The notes: generated by a model not told the origin, from the letters alone. Shown: positions 11,534-25,480, numbered from the stretch's first letter. The stretch: 64,000 bases of DNA from Octopus vulgaris (GCA_951406725.2 OX597828.1:32674001-32738000); one strand, 5' to 3'. Translations and numbers: made by a program.

Positions 11534-14337
11534 TATTAATCGTACATATATCTACTAAGCCTTAATTGCGAAGCTGAGTTATCATCCGACGTCACTGATC
11601 GCCACACTTTACTCGTACTTCATTGTATCGAACCCTGAGTGTTGCAGGGCGAAATTGGTGAGATTTGAACTCATAGAATAAATGTAAGCCTATAAATGCA
11701 TTTTATTCGCCACCTCTCTTCAATTCGACGACCAATCCGCTGAAGAATTATTATTTGTAACATAGGCTCAAGTCTACACTCTAGAGGTGTGTACATTCCC
11801 CTCATATTAAACCTGAACTCAGTAGATAAAGTTATGTTAGAAAATGTCGATATTGAAACCAGTTCAGTTACCTTTCAATGCCACAAACTTCCAAGGCCAG
11901 TAAACATAATTTCTATTAATAGTCACTTCCTTTTTTCCGTGTTTTGTGCTTTTAGTTTGGAAATTCACGCGTAAGCTTTTCACTATCAATTCTATTTATA
12001 TCAATGGAAAGTGCTAATCTCCTACTTGATTTGTATTAAATATGCTATATTCGGTCCATAAGAGCTAGCTGTCAGAAGCCGCTCATCACATCGCTAACAT
12101 TACCATAGCTGCCCAAAGCGCCAAGTATTTCAGATGAAAGGACTCAATAAAGATTGAAATGGATGCAAGATTCGAATATTCAGACCATTATTCTTCAAAA
12201 AGAAGCACCAATATAGAAATGTTATCTGACAGCATACATGCATTACTACATAGCTTATTCAATAATCAGATATCTTCGTGTTTTACCCATGACAAAATAA
12301 AAACCAAAACATATGGAGTGAACATATATGGAATTTTACAGTAAATCACACAAGCATTACACATACATGCATATTCGCACACATACGCACATATCGATAA
12401 TTTTATTTCTTTCCATGTAGGACAGCAAAGAAGGTCAAGATAATAGAAAATGAATATTGATGTTTTTACGGTTTGTAGTTTGGTGAATTACTACTTTCAG
12501 TTCAAAATCCCTTGGTGTCGATTTTGCCATTCATCTCCAAATACACCAGCAAAAAAAAATGCTGAAATATTTTCAATAGAGAATTCATATCTCTTTCAAA
12601 GTTGACTTAAACCTTGACACTACTCAAAAGACTGTCTACTGTGTATTTATATTTATTTTTCTACCTGAGTTTGTGTTCACGGCTCGTAGACTTCGAATTC
12701 ATATGGAATACCTGAAAACATGAGACTAATGTGAATCGACATTAGCTATGTGATTGACCACGATCGGAAATTGTATTAAATATGCTAGTAAAATGCTTCA
12801 TCCTTGACTTAAAGCTTTTACGCAATTTAGGTCAAATATTCTCAAGGACAGGTTGAGAATTTTATTTTTAACTTTATCACGTTTGTAGCGATGAACATTA
12901 TCTTATGCCTAATCATTAACATTTGCAGTTTTCTTTCTTTCTATCCTTCAGACTTTTTTATAACAGTAACTCTGGAGATGATATAAGGACTGAATATAAT
13001 TTGGAGTCATACTATTAGAATTGAAACCCCATCTCAGCTTTGATTTACTCCAAGTAGTGCAAAATAAATACCGAAGCTGCTAAAATAATTTCTCTTTGCA
13101 ACAATAGTTTGCTGTGCGTAAGAAAACTATTTACCAGCGTTTGTCTTTATTTTATCGGTTATTTTTGTGTTAATACAAAGCTCTATGTTTTCAGGTATAT
13201 ATTTATTTGCTTTAGATACACTGTGTTCTAGTATCAAACAATCACATATTTATCACTGTATGAATTGCATTAGCACCTCTTGTCTTTTGCTAATAAATTT
13301 CTCTCTTTCTCTCTTTCTAGCAGTAGTATACTTGGGTATTATTGGAGTATTCGATAACAGTTCATCTCCAGAATGTCACTTATGAATTTAGAACGCTATG
13401 TTGCTTTTACAAATCTATTAGTTGCTACTGAGAGTTATAATTTAGTTACATGCAGAAGTAAAGCTACCTTTCAAAGCTACTCTTTCTCAGGAGGGTTGAT
13501 ATTAAACTAATAACTTACAAATTTTCCTCAGTTTTTCGGTACATATATACAAAAATTCTGAATTAATAATAAAATGTTTAATATTTTTACCAGTAAAAAC
13601 TAATTCTTAGTGCTATCTACTGTAATTGACTATGGCAGTCTATACATTTTCAACTTCAATCTTTGGCCTTTCCAATATCATGTCTCAGACTAAGATTCCA
13701 TTGCTTTTCTACGAGCAGTGATTATACACGGCCATGACGGCACCAAAGCTATAATTTTAAATAACCCAATAATCCTATTGGCCTGTTGATGTATAAATAC
13801 CAAAGACATGTCTTTATAAATATTGCAGTCAGATGATGTTACTAGTTCTGTCAACAAACATACTGGAGTACAAACGATGCGCTATGATGAAACACTCATT
13901 TGTAATATTTTGCTGTCACTATGTTAAATGGTGATGGAAAATGTAATCTAATGTTATATAAAGTTAACATTGCTCGTAGAGAGTTAAGCAACTTAACTAT
14001 AGATTACTTTAATGTTGGCAGAAGTGTACGAAATACCAACTTATCATTGTACCTTAGCTGGAATAATTATCATTTCTTAGTTGTCATACATGAAGTAAAT
14101 CTCCAGTGGTTTCGGTCACAAAGTGTACGTTTTAAGAGCATGAAATATATATTCATTTAGAGAATTAACTTATTTGTTCCTTTGCCCGAAGAACTTATAT
14201 TTAGAGAACAACACTGATGTATAAACTAAATCTAATCTCCTGATCTGCGCTGAGTGCACGTAGGTTGATCAATACCAAGTAATGTCAAAAATGTGTTTCA
14301 TTTGACTGTCAAGTGTTTATGCATATGTAATTTCCAG

Positions 14338-14399
14338 CTTTGTTACACTATGAATATATATATACTTTGTTACACTATGAATATATATATACTTTGTTA

Positions 14400-14478
<79 letters not shown>
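14338..14478. repeat. 27-bp tandem triplication running into (TA)n
   Basis: ctttgttacactat(gaatatatatata) x3. Confidence 0.85.
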
Positions 14479-14481
<3 letters not shown>

Positions 14482-15148
14482 ACAAACTTAGGTTTTGGCC
14501 ATTATCGGCCCAGGCCATGATTAACTCAATGGCACCACTTGGAAAAGTCTTTTTAGATAATTATTTCGGGACAACATGGACCACTCAAGCAGAGAGTTGT
14601 TGGTAGTGGAGACATATCCAGGAGTAAAGGGTTTATCCACTATTTCCTGGATAAATTGTTTAGGTACCTTTTGAAAGTTGTAGGGTTTTTTTCTACTTTA
14701 ATTTCTTTCGGAATAACATTGAAAAAACAACAGGACTATTTGCAGTGAAGAAATTGTGTCGCAATGTTCTTGTGTGATCTGATCACGACCTTTGTAGGCG
14801 ACGCATTGCGTGGGGTCCTCGTCTTGGATGAATTGTAAACATAATACCGACATCATTTGGATAATATTGGAGGAATATTTTCCCCATGGTGCAATTTTCT
14901 ACTCGTTTGTATTTACAACAATTATAAATATTCGTGTTAAGTTCCACTTGTCACGGTTTTCATCAAATTCATGCTGTCAAAAATGAAAAGCAAAGCAACA
15001 CTAGAAATGTTTCAGTAACAATAAAAAAAATGATAAATTGTTCTTTCTAAGCTAGAATTAAATTAGCTGATTCATCACTTATTGGAAATGTGAAAACAGT
15101 ACCACGCATGTATCGTAGTTAACAATTCCAAAAATCATTCGAAAATAT

Positions 15149-15350
15149 GGCGGCTGGCTAGCAGAATTGTTACCGCGCCGGACAAAATGCTTAGTGGCAT
15201 TTCGTCCGTCTTTGCGTTTTAAGCTCAAATTCCGCCGATGTCGACCTTACCTTTCATCCTTTCAGAGACGATAAATTAAGGACCAGTTGAGCACCAGGGT
15301 CGATGAAATCGGCTACCCCTCACCCGAATGTTCTGCCAATATTTGGAACC
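15149..15350 (+). mobile_element. SINE family B
   Basis: ggcggctggctagcagaattgtta...ctcaaattccgccgatgtcgacc..tttcatcctttc..gataaattaag.accagttg. Confidence 0.8.
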
Positions 15351-15547
15351 AATATTTACAAAGCTCACTCAACCATCTGAATTCAATTTTAATTCAACGG
15401 TATCTAATCGGTGAAAATTCGTATAATTTTCAAAATTTGTACACCTTAGATTTTTCAAGTTCCTGTAACGGCAAGACTAATTTTCTCATCCAATTTATTT
15501 ATACTTTTGGGTAAATGTACAATCATGATTTATGAGGAATATTAGTC

Positions 15548-15754
15548 TCAAATCTAGTCACAAGGCCAGCATATTCGGAGGGAGCGGTTAGTCGAGTATA
15601 TCACCCCCAGAGCTCAACTGGACCTTATTTTATCGACCTCGGAAATTTAACGGCAAAGTTGACCTCAGCGGAATTTGAACAAAGAACGTAAAGACGGATG
15701 AAATGCCGCTAAGCATTTTTTCCCGGCACGGTAACAATTCTGCTAGCTCGCCGC
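15548..15754 (-). mobile_element. SINE family B (reverse)
   Basis: reverse complement of 15149-15350. Confidence 0.8.
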
Positions 15755-15764
15755 AATACTTATG

Positions 15765-16497
15765 AAAAATATTACTGATTGTTATGTTCCGTCTGTCTTT
15801 ACGTCCGGAGTTCAAATTCCGCCGAATTCGACTTTACTTTTCATCATTTCGGGCTCTTTAAGTTATGTACCAGTTTCGTACTCGGGTCGATCTTATCGAC
15901 TGTCCCCCTCCCCCAAAATGTTGGGCTTTGCGCCTAGAGTAGAAAAAATATTACTGATTGTTATATTTCGTCTGTTTTTAAGTTCTGAGTTCAAATTACA
16001 CCGAGATCGAATTTGCTTTTCATCATTTCGGGCTCTTTAAGTTATGTACCAGTTTCGTACTCGGGTCGATCTAATCGACTGGCCCCCCCATCTCCAAAAT
16101 TTCGGGCTTTGCGCCTAGAGTAGAAAAAAATATTACTGATTGTTATATTTCGTCTGTTTTTAAGTTCTGAGTTCAAATTCCGCCCAGGTCGACTTTGCTT
16201 TTCATCCTTGCGGGGTCGATAAGTTAAGTACCAGTTGCGTACTGGAGTCGATCTAATCGAATGCGCCCCTCACTCAAAATGTTGGGCCTTATGCAAAACG
16301 AAGAAAAGAATGATAGCGATTGTTTTATTTCATCTGTCTTTACGTTCTGAGTTCACATTCCGCCGAGGTCAGCTTTGCATTTCATCCTTTCGATATGGAT
16401 AAATTAAGTATCAGTTGCATACTGTGCATACTGAGGTCGATCTAATCGACTACCCCCTCCCCCAAAATCTCGAGCACTGTGCCTAGAGTAGAAAATA
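15765..16497 (+). repeat. tandem array of four ~180-bp headless SINE-B units
   Basis: unit: gtctgt.ttta..tt..gagttcaaattccgcc...tcgatct.atcgac..cccc..caaaat..gcctagagtagaaaa, repeated 4x. Confidence 0.85.
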
Positions 16498-17515
16498 ATC
16501 TTTAGCAATTGTTAACTACGATCCATGTGTACTACTTTTTCACATATCGAAAAAGTTATAAATCAGGGAATTTACTTCTAATTGAGAAAGAACAAGTTGT
16601 TTTTTATTGTTATATGAAACATTTCGAGAAGTAAATTTTGGTTGGAGTAGATGGTTCCTTTTTCATTTTTGGCAGCATGAATTTGATGAAAACTGTGACA
16701 ATCTTTCCAAGCACTTGAAGTTTTTAATCTATTATCGCTGACTAATGGATTTTTTGTAAGCATTTTATATTTAGAATAGCTTTAAAAGTTAAATTGCATT
16801 TAATTTTGTCTGTGGGTTATTTTAATAGTTAACTGAGAAGATTAATTTTCTATGCTAGACAATATTTTACGTATACGGTTATTTAACGCCGTTAGGATTT
16901 TTAATTTTGTTTCCATTTTTCCTGGATTGATGGCGACTTATGTGTATTAATTTTATGTTTATTTAATTGAAACCTTTTTAATTTAGTGGATGATCGAGCC
17001 TCAGTCATAATTATTTTGAACAATTAAATTCACAAGTAGAACATTAACGGGTTAACGGAGTTGTATGATAAGGCAAGCGACTCCATCCATGTAGTTCTGC
17101 GACGCAATCATCGAAGCATCGTGGGCAAAAGATACACCATTCACATACGTCTGCAATCCAGAAGAACATATTTTGACCGTAGGATTAATAATTTATTTAT
17201 TGACCTGGGACGAATAAAAGCCATTATTGACGTCGGCGAATAGGAAGTCTTACCGTAAAAAATTCGGGAAATATATCGATTTTGTTTCATTCTCCCAATT
17301 TTCCCCAAACACAGCTGACAAAGACAAGGGGAAACGAATGTATAGCAAACAAAATTATCTCTCTCTTTCTGTCTGTCTGTCTGACTGTCTCTCTCTTTCT
17401 ATCTGTCTGTCTGTCTGACTGTCTCTCTCTTTCTATCTGTCTATGTATATATATATATATATGAAAAAACAAGTCAAAAATAGAAAATGCTAAGATGATT
17501 TTATAGTGAATCTTT

Positions 17516-17553
17516 CAGTACCGGTTTCGGTCATTTTGAGACCTTTTCAACTG
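17516..17553 (-). ncRNA. minimal type I hammerhead ribozyme, U3:A8 core variant
   Basis: minus strand: cag-UUGAAAA-GGUC-ucaaaau-GACC-GAAA-CCGG-UA-cug. Confidence 0.6.
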
Positions 17554-18093
17554 TAACAATTAAATAATTAAATTTAGAAAAATTTAGAAAAATTAGAAGA
17601 AATGTTTTTTTAAAGGAATACTTCCATAGTAGTGTTCAGATATAGGTGGCATTCTGCCTTTCTCTGACTCCCTTGTTTGCACTTGTGTATTCGAGGTCGT
17701 TGTGAGTTCTTGAGGGGGTGGGAGTGGGAAAATCTGGGCTGGTCAGTGGCGACCGGCAGTCGCTGCGTAGGCGTTATACTTAAAGACATTAGTGACAAGG
17801 TTGAGGGGTAGAAGGTGGAGAAGTAGAAGAAGCAGAAGAAGATGACGGTGCCGATGATGATGACGATGAAGAAGAAGAAGAAGGAGAAGGAGAAGATGAC
17901 GATGATGATGGTGGTGATGACGATGACGACGATGATGATGATAATGATGATGATGAAGAAGAAGAAGAGGAAGAAGAAGAAAAAAACAGAGAAGGGAGAA
18001 TATGAATGGGTGAAGATATAGCTGTGATGGGGCGATTAGTAATGGATTCTATGGAATGTAATATTTGTGTGTGTATATATATTTCTTTTTTTC

Positions 18094-18636
18094 TTAAGTT
18101 GAGGTATAGTAATTGTTTGTCGTAGACCCGTTAAGAAGTGGCCTGTATTTTATAATAAAGAGATTTTCTTTACTTATTCGTTGTCTCGAGGTTGTATCGT
18201 CCCTAAATTGGTAGAGGGGGAAAATTCTGAAGTTTGGTGTTTTTTTGTTGGCGCAAGTATCTATGTGTTGGCTAAAAGCTATTTTTCTGTTTTGGGGAAT
18301 TTTTATCTGGGATCTGTGCAGGGCTATTCGTTTACGCAAACCATTTTTTGTTTGGCCTATGTACTGCTCTTGACACCCGGAGCAGGTTAGTGCGTATATT
18401 AGGTTCTCCGAAGCACATGTGAAGTTGCTTTTCACTGTAAACCGTTGTCCCTGTTTGAAGGAGAACTCAGAACCCTCGATTAGATAGTCGCATATCCCGC
18501 AATTGGGTCTTCCACATTTTTTTACTGTCGGCTTCTGTGTTGAAGAGTGAATTCGGGCTTGTGTTAGGAGACTTTTCATGGATCTAGGCTGTCTTTTGCT
18601 TTTTATGATCGTGTGTGTTTGGAGGATTGTGTTCAT
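18094..18636 (-). CDS. Penelope-like element C-terminus: Zn-finger linker + GIY-YIG endonuclease (5'-truncated)
   Basis: CGRPNCGIC linker; LIYALTCSGCQEQYIGQT..LRKRIALH; KENLFI..Y..LLN. Confidence 0.9.
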   Translation of the reverse strand: MNTILQTHTIIKSKRQPRSMKSLLTQARIHSSTQKPTVKKCGRPNCGICDYLIEGSEFSFKQGQRFTVKSNFTCASENLIYALTCSGCQEQYIGQTKNGLRKRIALHRSQIKIPQNRKIAFSQHIDTCANKKTPNFRIFPLYQFRDDTTSRQRISKENLFIIKYRPLLNGSTTNNYYTST

Positions 18637-18814
18637 TCTGTGACCGAAACCGGTACTGAAAGATTTACTATAAAATCATCTTAGCATTTTCTATTTTTGA
18701 CTTGTTTTTTCATATATATCAACTCGTGTGTTCCTTTCCACCCTTATACATATATATATATATACATACATACATACATACATACGCACACACACACACA
18801 CTCTCTCACACACA

Positions 18815-18899
<85 letters not shown>

Positions 18900-18909
18900 G
18901 TGTGTGTGT

Positions 18910-19140
18910 GGGCGCAGAAATGGCTGTGTGGTAAGAAGCTTGCTTCCCAGCCACATACTTCTGGGTTCAGTCCCACTACGTCACTTCGGCAAATGTCTTC
19001 TACTATAGCCTTGGCCGACCAAAGACTTGTGAGTTGATTTCGTAGTCGGAAACTGAAAGAAGCCCGTCGTATATACACATATGCATATATGTGTGTGTTT
19101 GTGTTTGTTCCCCCCATCATCACCACCACCACCACCAGTA
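18910..19140 (+). mobile_element. SINE family A 5' part
   Basis: ggcgcag..tggctgtgtggtaag..ggttcagtcccact..ggccgaccaaag..gaaactgaaagaagcccgtcg. Confidence 0.85.
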
Positions 19141-19641
19141 TGCGAATTATCTTTGCTTATAATTATTTCCATTTCATACTCTCGTTGTTATATAGATTCG
19201 ACTTCATCATAAATCCCTTTTTTTATTATCGTGGTAGTTTGCATGCAGTATTAAATATATTTATTTGCTTGATATGAAGCGTATCATACTGCAGTTATTT
19301 ATTCTAAGTTAAAGATCAGATTTTGTATATTTTCAATTTTTTTTATATTAAGGACTCGGTTTAATAATGATCGTCACATGGTAATTCACACATGAGTCTC
19401 TTTTCGTTTTAAGAGCATACCGATTTAGAAATATTTCGATTTTTAAATGTTGCCAAGTCTTTCGACTACAAAGTTTGTAAGGAGTTAGAGACTGAAGATG
19501 AAAACGTACCACCAGTATCAAAGCATAAAAAAGCATTCTAAATGCTTTGAAATCATCAGAGCACTTGAATTTGGCCTGCAAGTTCAGCATACCATTGGTT
19601 ACAATCCCAGAAAGTCCATGAGGTCAATTGCAAAAGATATA

Positions 19642-20802
19642 TGCGGTTGTTAACTAAGTTCCTGCCGTTTTATATATTTTGGAATTTATTGTGTTTTTAA
19701 GTTTTGGAATCTGTTTTTTCTTTTTTTTTCTGAGAATTCTATGTTTGAATCATTTTGGAATCATTTTTTCTTCTGGTTAATTTTAGTTAATTTTTGCTTA
19801 ATTTCAGATCATTAAAAAGAAATGTCAAGTTAAGAAAAACTAGCATTTTCGACACCGTCTTCTTTTTGCTTTTAATCAAGGTTCTAAGGCCATAAAAGCT
19901 GATCGCGAAATTTTTGCTAGCTGAAATGGTTGGTATGCCTAGTTAAAAAGTGGATATTTTGACCTCAAAGACGCACCGTGTCCTGGCCGTCCAGTTGGGT
20001 TAGATGAAGAGCTATTAAACCAAATTTTGCACGAAAATTCACGGCAAACAACAAGGGAACTTCAATTGATAGGAACTGTTCAGAAGTGACAAAAAGAAAT
20101 ATCAACGAGCCACAGTCTCCACTGGTTTGCTTGATCGTCACCGCTCCACTCATGGACACAAGCAACGATTTCTTTACCGAATCGTTGCTGGCGACGAAAA
20201 ACGGTGCCTCTACATCAATATAAAGCAGTGTAAGAAATGGCTTAGCCCCGGTAAACAAGTGACACCGCGCGTGAAACAAGATCATCTGCGTTAAACGATT
20301 TGGTGCGTATGGTGGGACTGAGAAGGCATTATCCATTAGGATTTGCTTGAACAGAACCAAGCTGTCAACGCCGAACTCTATGTTCAACAGATGGAGAGAC
20401 TCTTCACGGTTATTCAAGAGAAAAGACCTATTCGTCACCATGGAGTTTTTCTGCTGCATACAACGCCCGCCCTTATATCCCCAATGTGACCAAAGAATTC
20501 ATTCAAACGCATGGCTGGGAAGAGCTGCCACACCCGCCGTACTCTCCTGTTTTGGCACGAACGGATTTCCACTTCTTTCGATGTCTTTCAAATGTTACGC
20601 AGATTTGAGAGCATGGTTGGATCAATGTTTCGATTCGAAATCGGGTGATTTCTACCAACGAGATATTGAAAATATTGTTGAACGTTGGGAAGAAGTTGTA
20701 AACAACAAAGGTGAATACGTTATTGATTAATTAATTGTTATTTTTTATAAACCTTTTAAAATTAATTTTTTAAAATCGGTGGGAACTTAGTTGCCAAACT
20801 CA
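19642..20802 (+). mobile_element. near full-length decayed mariner (D,D34D) transposon
   Basis: TIRs (aactaagttcctgccg / cggtgggaacttagtt) with TA flanks; RIVAGDEKRCLYIN, NARP, LPHPPYSP..TDFH, ERWEEVVNNKGEY; many frameshifts. Confidence 0.9.
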
Positions 20803-20829
20803 TATATATATATATATATTTAAAGAAGG

Positions 20830-23800
20830 AAATTAAAGAAGGAAAATGCACACACTTTACATAGTTTTAATATATATCTAAATATATTTTATACTGTTTG
20901 TCGACCGGTTTCATGACATTAAAACTATATTAAGCACGTGTTTTCTTAAGAAAAATTCGTTTGTCCATATTGTGTGTGGAGTTTATGAATTGATGATTCA
21001 ACATGTAGAAAAGTCTAAAGGGAGGTAATTGGTGATCCTTATTATTGTGAACAGGGGTGATAGTTGTTCCTCTTTCGGTGGTTGTAAAAAATATACACAG
21101 AAATTCAAAAACTAGAGCAGTGATTAAAAATATGTACAGTGATGGGTATGTAATCGTGAATTAAATTATGTAGAGAGATCAAAGTTGGTTATGCATGCAT
21201 AATTAGACGTTTTCTGTATTTTCGATGAATAAATTTTCTTTATTTTACAATTCATGTATAGAAATTTTATATTTGCACTAGTAGAAGAGGAAATCTGCAA
21301 AATTTGGTTTGATGTTATCTGCACATGTATCTATGTGTTCACTTAAGGGAATCTGTGTGTATTGCGGGAAACGGATCTGCTCTTTATGTATAGTGTTTCT
21401 CCCTCTCAATGTCTTAATTGTCTGTTCTATATAGTTATGTCCAAGACCTGTGCAGGTTATTACATAAATTAGACTCTCAGTGGCACAAGTGAAGTTGGTT
21501 TTAATTGTGAACCTCTCTCCTTGTTTGAAAAAGAAACCCGAAGCTTCAGGCAGGTTAGGGCATGTTCAACTGTTCGGGCGTCCACATTTTGTAACCGCTG
21601 TTGGTTTAATGGTTATTGTGTAAAACCTCGCATTTGTTAGAAGTTGCTTTAGCGATTTGCCTTGCATTTTACATTTGATGAATTTATGTATTTTCAGGAT
21701 GTTATTCATGTTTGGTTCTCTAGTTAATAAACGAAGATTTTGCACAATATTATTGTATGCTCCATTGTTTCTAGGGTTGTGAGTTGATATGTACAGTAGT
21801 GCTTTGAGATAAGGCGGGGTGTTATGATTTGTTGTCCTTAGTGTTTTTATGTCTAATTTCTTGGCACACCTAATTGCATCGTCTATAAATGAGGGTAGAT
21901 AATGTCTTTCAGTTAGTGTTGTTCTGAGGCCATGAAGGCGATGGTCCCGATTAGTACTATCAGACACTATTGTGCAAATTATTTTTGACAGGTCATTTTG
22001 ATGTGTTTCGGATAGAATGAGCTAAAACGGAGATATTGCTTCCAATCCGTTGATTTATGATAGATGTCAGTTATAATTTGGTTGTTGATTTTTATCATAA
22101 TATCCCAAAACAGGAGCTGTTCTTTGCTATATTCCATTGTGAATTGAAAGCTACGGTTTATATCATTTAGTGTTGATTTGTATTCAAAAAGTTTATCATT
22201 GGTCTCCTTCCAAATGATAAAACAGTCATCCAGGTATATTTTGCAGTTTTCTCTTATATAATGGGGAAATGGATAACCATATTTTTGCAGTGAGATTTCA
22301 TATATGGTGAATTCAAAATAAACCATTCTTAGGTTCTTAAGAACAGGAGCTACTTTCGTTCCCATTGCAATTCCGCATTTATAATGATAGTAGGTGTCAT
22401 CAAATAGGAAATAATTGTTCTGAAGTATAAATTGTAAAGAGTCAATAATAAAGACCTGATTTATGCATTCCGGAAATACTTCAGAATTTGATTACTTTTA
22501 TTCCATAGTCATGTAGAATGTTGGTGTAAATATTGATAACATCGAAAGAAACCAATAATGCCACTTCAGTAATTGTTTTTGTTAGGTGCTCTAGCATGTC
22601 TACTACGTCTCAAATGAAACGTTTGATGTATTTCAGCAAGGGATCCAGTAGGACGTGTAGATAATTGCTTAGGCGGTCGGTAACTTTAAGTCTTCTGGCT
22701 CCTGGATATTTATGTATTTGCCTGGTGATTGTTTTCAGTCTTCTTCATTGATTATCAGGTCGTAAAAAAGTCTAGGTTTACATTTAATGTTCGTAATCTG
22801 TTTCTTTTTCTGTCGGGCCTTTTCCATTTCATCAAAAGTCTCCTGTGGTGTGCGTCCTTTCAAATACAAAATCCAGATCACTGCTCGACACTCAACAGGA
22901 TCCATTTCACACTTGACTCAGTTCAAACAACTGTAAATCAGAAACCACAATCAGTTCACAGCTGTAATTTGCTACTTAATGTATATAGATATAAAGAATT
23001 GTACATGTAAAATTTCAGCTAGATCAAACAACTGCAAGTGGGTCAGGGGCATTATTTATTCAACGTTCCTCGTATTTACGATGCAAGATTTTTCATTGTT
23101 TGCTGTTGTTTATAGTTTACACATTTTTTTAGCATGGATAATACTAGGTTTTTGTTGTATTTTGTGTCCATCAGAACTTCAGCAGTTCCTTTATCTGATT
23201 CTTTAATTGTTAGGTCCCTGTCGTTTTGTAGTTCAATTAGATTTTTCCATTCTACATTGATGAGGTTTCAATTAATTTTTTATTTATGGGAAGTATATGG
23301 GGAATTTTGGATGTTGCCACAGAAGTCATCTAGTGTTTTATTCCTACCTTTACGGGGACGATAATTATTTCTGTTTTTAACCAGTGACTAATCTTCGTTG
23401 TCGTAGTTTTCTTCACAATTCCGAAATATTGTCTTTAATTCATTATGGTTAGATCTTCATGGGGTTGGAGTAAATTTTAATCTTTTAGCTAATATACTGA
23501 TTTTTGCTACAGGGATTTTTCTTTCATAAATTCAGTAATTTTGGTTTCTCCTGTAAGTTGTGTCCAATGTGTGTCCCTGTTTCTCTCCAATCATTCTAAA
23601 AAATATTTACTGTAATTTGATTGGTAGAAGTTATCAGTATTATTATTGTCTTTAATTATATCAGTATTATTATTGTTATTATCTTTTATATTGGGATTGC
23701 TTGGAGTTTGGTGTTGCTGTCTGGGTAAATTGCTTAGTGTGAGTGTGTCTATGTATGGGTTTTTGTGAGTATGTACTGTCTTTATGTATGGATGTGTGTT

Positions 23801-24030
23801 TCAATATGTGTACTTGTGTGAAGTGTGTGCATATAAACATGTGTTTCAATCTTCCTTTGCGTATGTATGTGTGCATGTCTATTCATAATACCTATGTATT
23901 TATCCGTCTGCATGCCTGGTGAACTTGCGATCTGGACGGGGCTGCTCCTCTTCCCTAATGCAGCGATGCCGGTTGATCAGTATCTTAGATATGGATTTGT
24001 CCAGATATTCTTTCACGCTTTCTCTATTTC
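20830..24030 (-). mobile_element. decayed near full-length Penelope-like element (RT + GIY-YIG), related to 17455-18746
   Basis: LAKRLKFTP, GIAMGTKVAP, IYLDDCFIIW, FTMEYS..LFWDI, DIYHKSTD..QYL, KCGRPN, FKQGERFTIKTNFTCATESLIYVITC; gaaaccggtc HHR remnant near 20900; 5' boundary uncertain. Confidence 0.85.
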
Positions 24031-24072
24031 TCTAATATTGTTATATTATTATTATTATTGTTATTATTATGA

Positions 24073-24627
<555 letters not shown>

Positions 24628-24631
<4 letters not shown>

Positions 24632-24697
24632 TAGTTTTATTTTTATTTTTATAGCGTGCTTTCACTTCACTACCGAGCGCAGCTCTGTGTGCCTTGG

Positions 24698-24700
<3 letters not shown>
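24628..24700 (-). mobile_element. second, shorter copy of the same R4/Dong-like 3' end
   Basis: near-identical to 24417-24482. Confidence 0.8.
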
Positions 24701-24739
<39 letters not shown>

Positions 24740-24853
24740 TTATCATTATTATCATTATTCTTATCATTATTATTATTATTATTATTATTATTGTTATTAT
24801 TATCATTATTATTATTATCATCATAATTATTATTATTATTATTATCATTATTA

Positions 24854-24914
<61 letters not shown>

Positions 24915-24936
24915 CATTATTATTATCATCATCATA

Positions 24937-25013
<77 letters not shown>

Positions 25014-25023
25014 CATGATATAT

Positions 25024-25073
<50 letters not shown>

Positions 25074-25241
25074 GTGTGTGTGTGTGTGTTGTGTGTGTTA
25101 TTATAAATATATTATATATATATTATTATTATAAAAAAATTCAGCGTGAATACTTGATAATTGTAAGCACCTGTATATATCATTTGGTGGTGTAGGTGGT
25201 AGATTATATTAATCAAAATAAAAACATGATGCCAAGGATTC

Positions 25242-25322
25242 CGCGGTACATATGTTTCGGGCCTTTATTAGACGGAATTGTAACAATGCATAATGTGTGT
25301 CTATGGCCTTCTTCAGCCGCGC
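25242..25322 (-). ncRNA. type I hammerhead ribozyme with extended stem II (Penelope pLTR remnant ~25130-25412)
   Basis: minus strand: gcgg-CUGAAGA-aGGCC.UAGAC...GUCUA...GGCCc-GAAA-CAUAUG-UA-ccgc. Confidence 0.65.
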
Positions 25323-25445
25323 ACAATTACTACTTCAAGGACATGTATTACATCATAGATTCTACGTTGGGGATGCGACTGTGAGGATTTGCATCCCTAG
25401 CGTAGAATCTATATTATTATTATATATTATAATTATATATCTTAT

Positions 25446-25480
<35 letters not shown>

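Larger units (their letters stand above)
17455..18746 (-). mobile_element. 5'-truncated Penelope-like element (Neptune-like) with inverted pseudo-LTR
   Basis: intact GIY-YIG ORF; ~75-bp inverted repeat 17455-17533 / 18641-18719 with 1 mismatch; hammerhead motif in the pLTR. Confidence 0.9.

Noticed and set aside
14480-14960. Tc1-like transposase fragment
   Set aside because: Only a vague resemblance; no TIRs or DDE motifs found
15765-16497. CRISPR-like regular array
   Set aside because: Whole ~180-bp units are homologous (no unique spacers), SINE-derived, eukaryotic context, no cas genes
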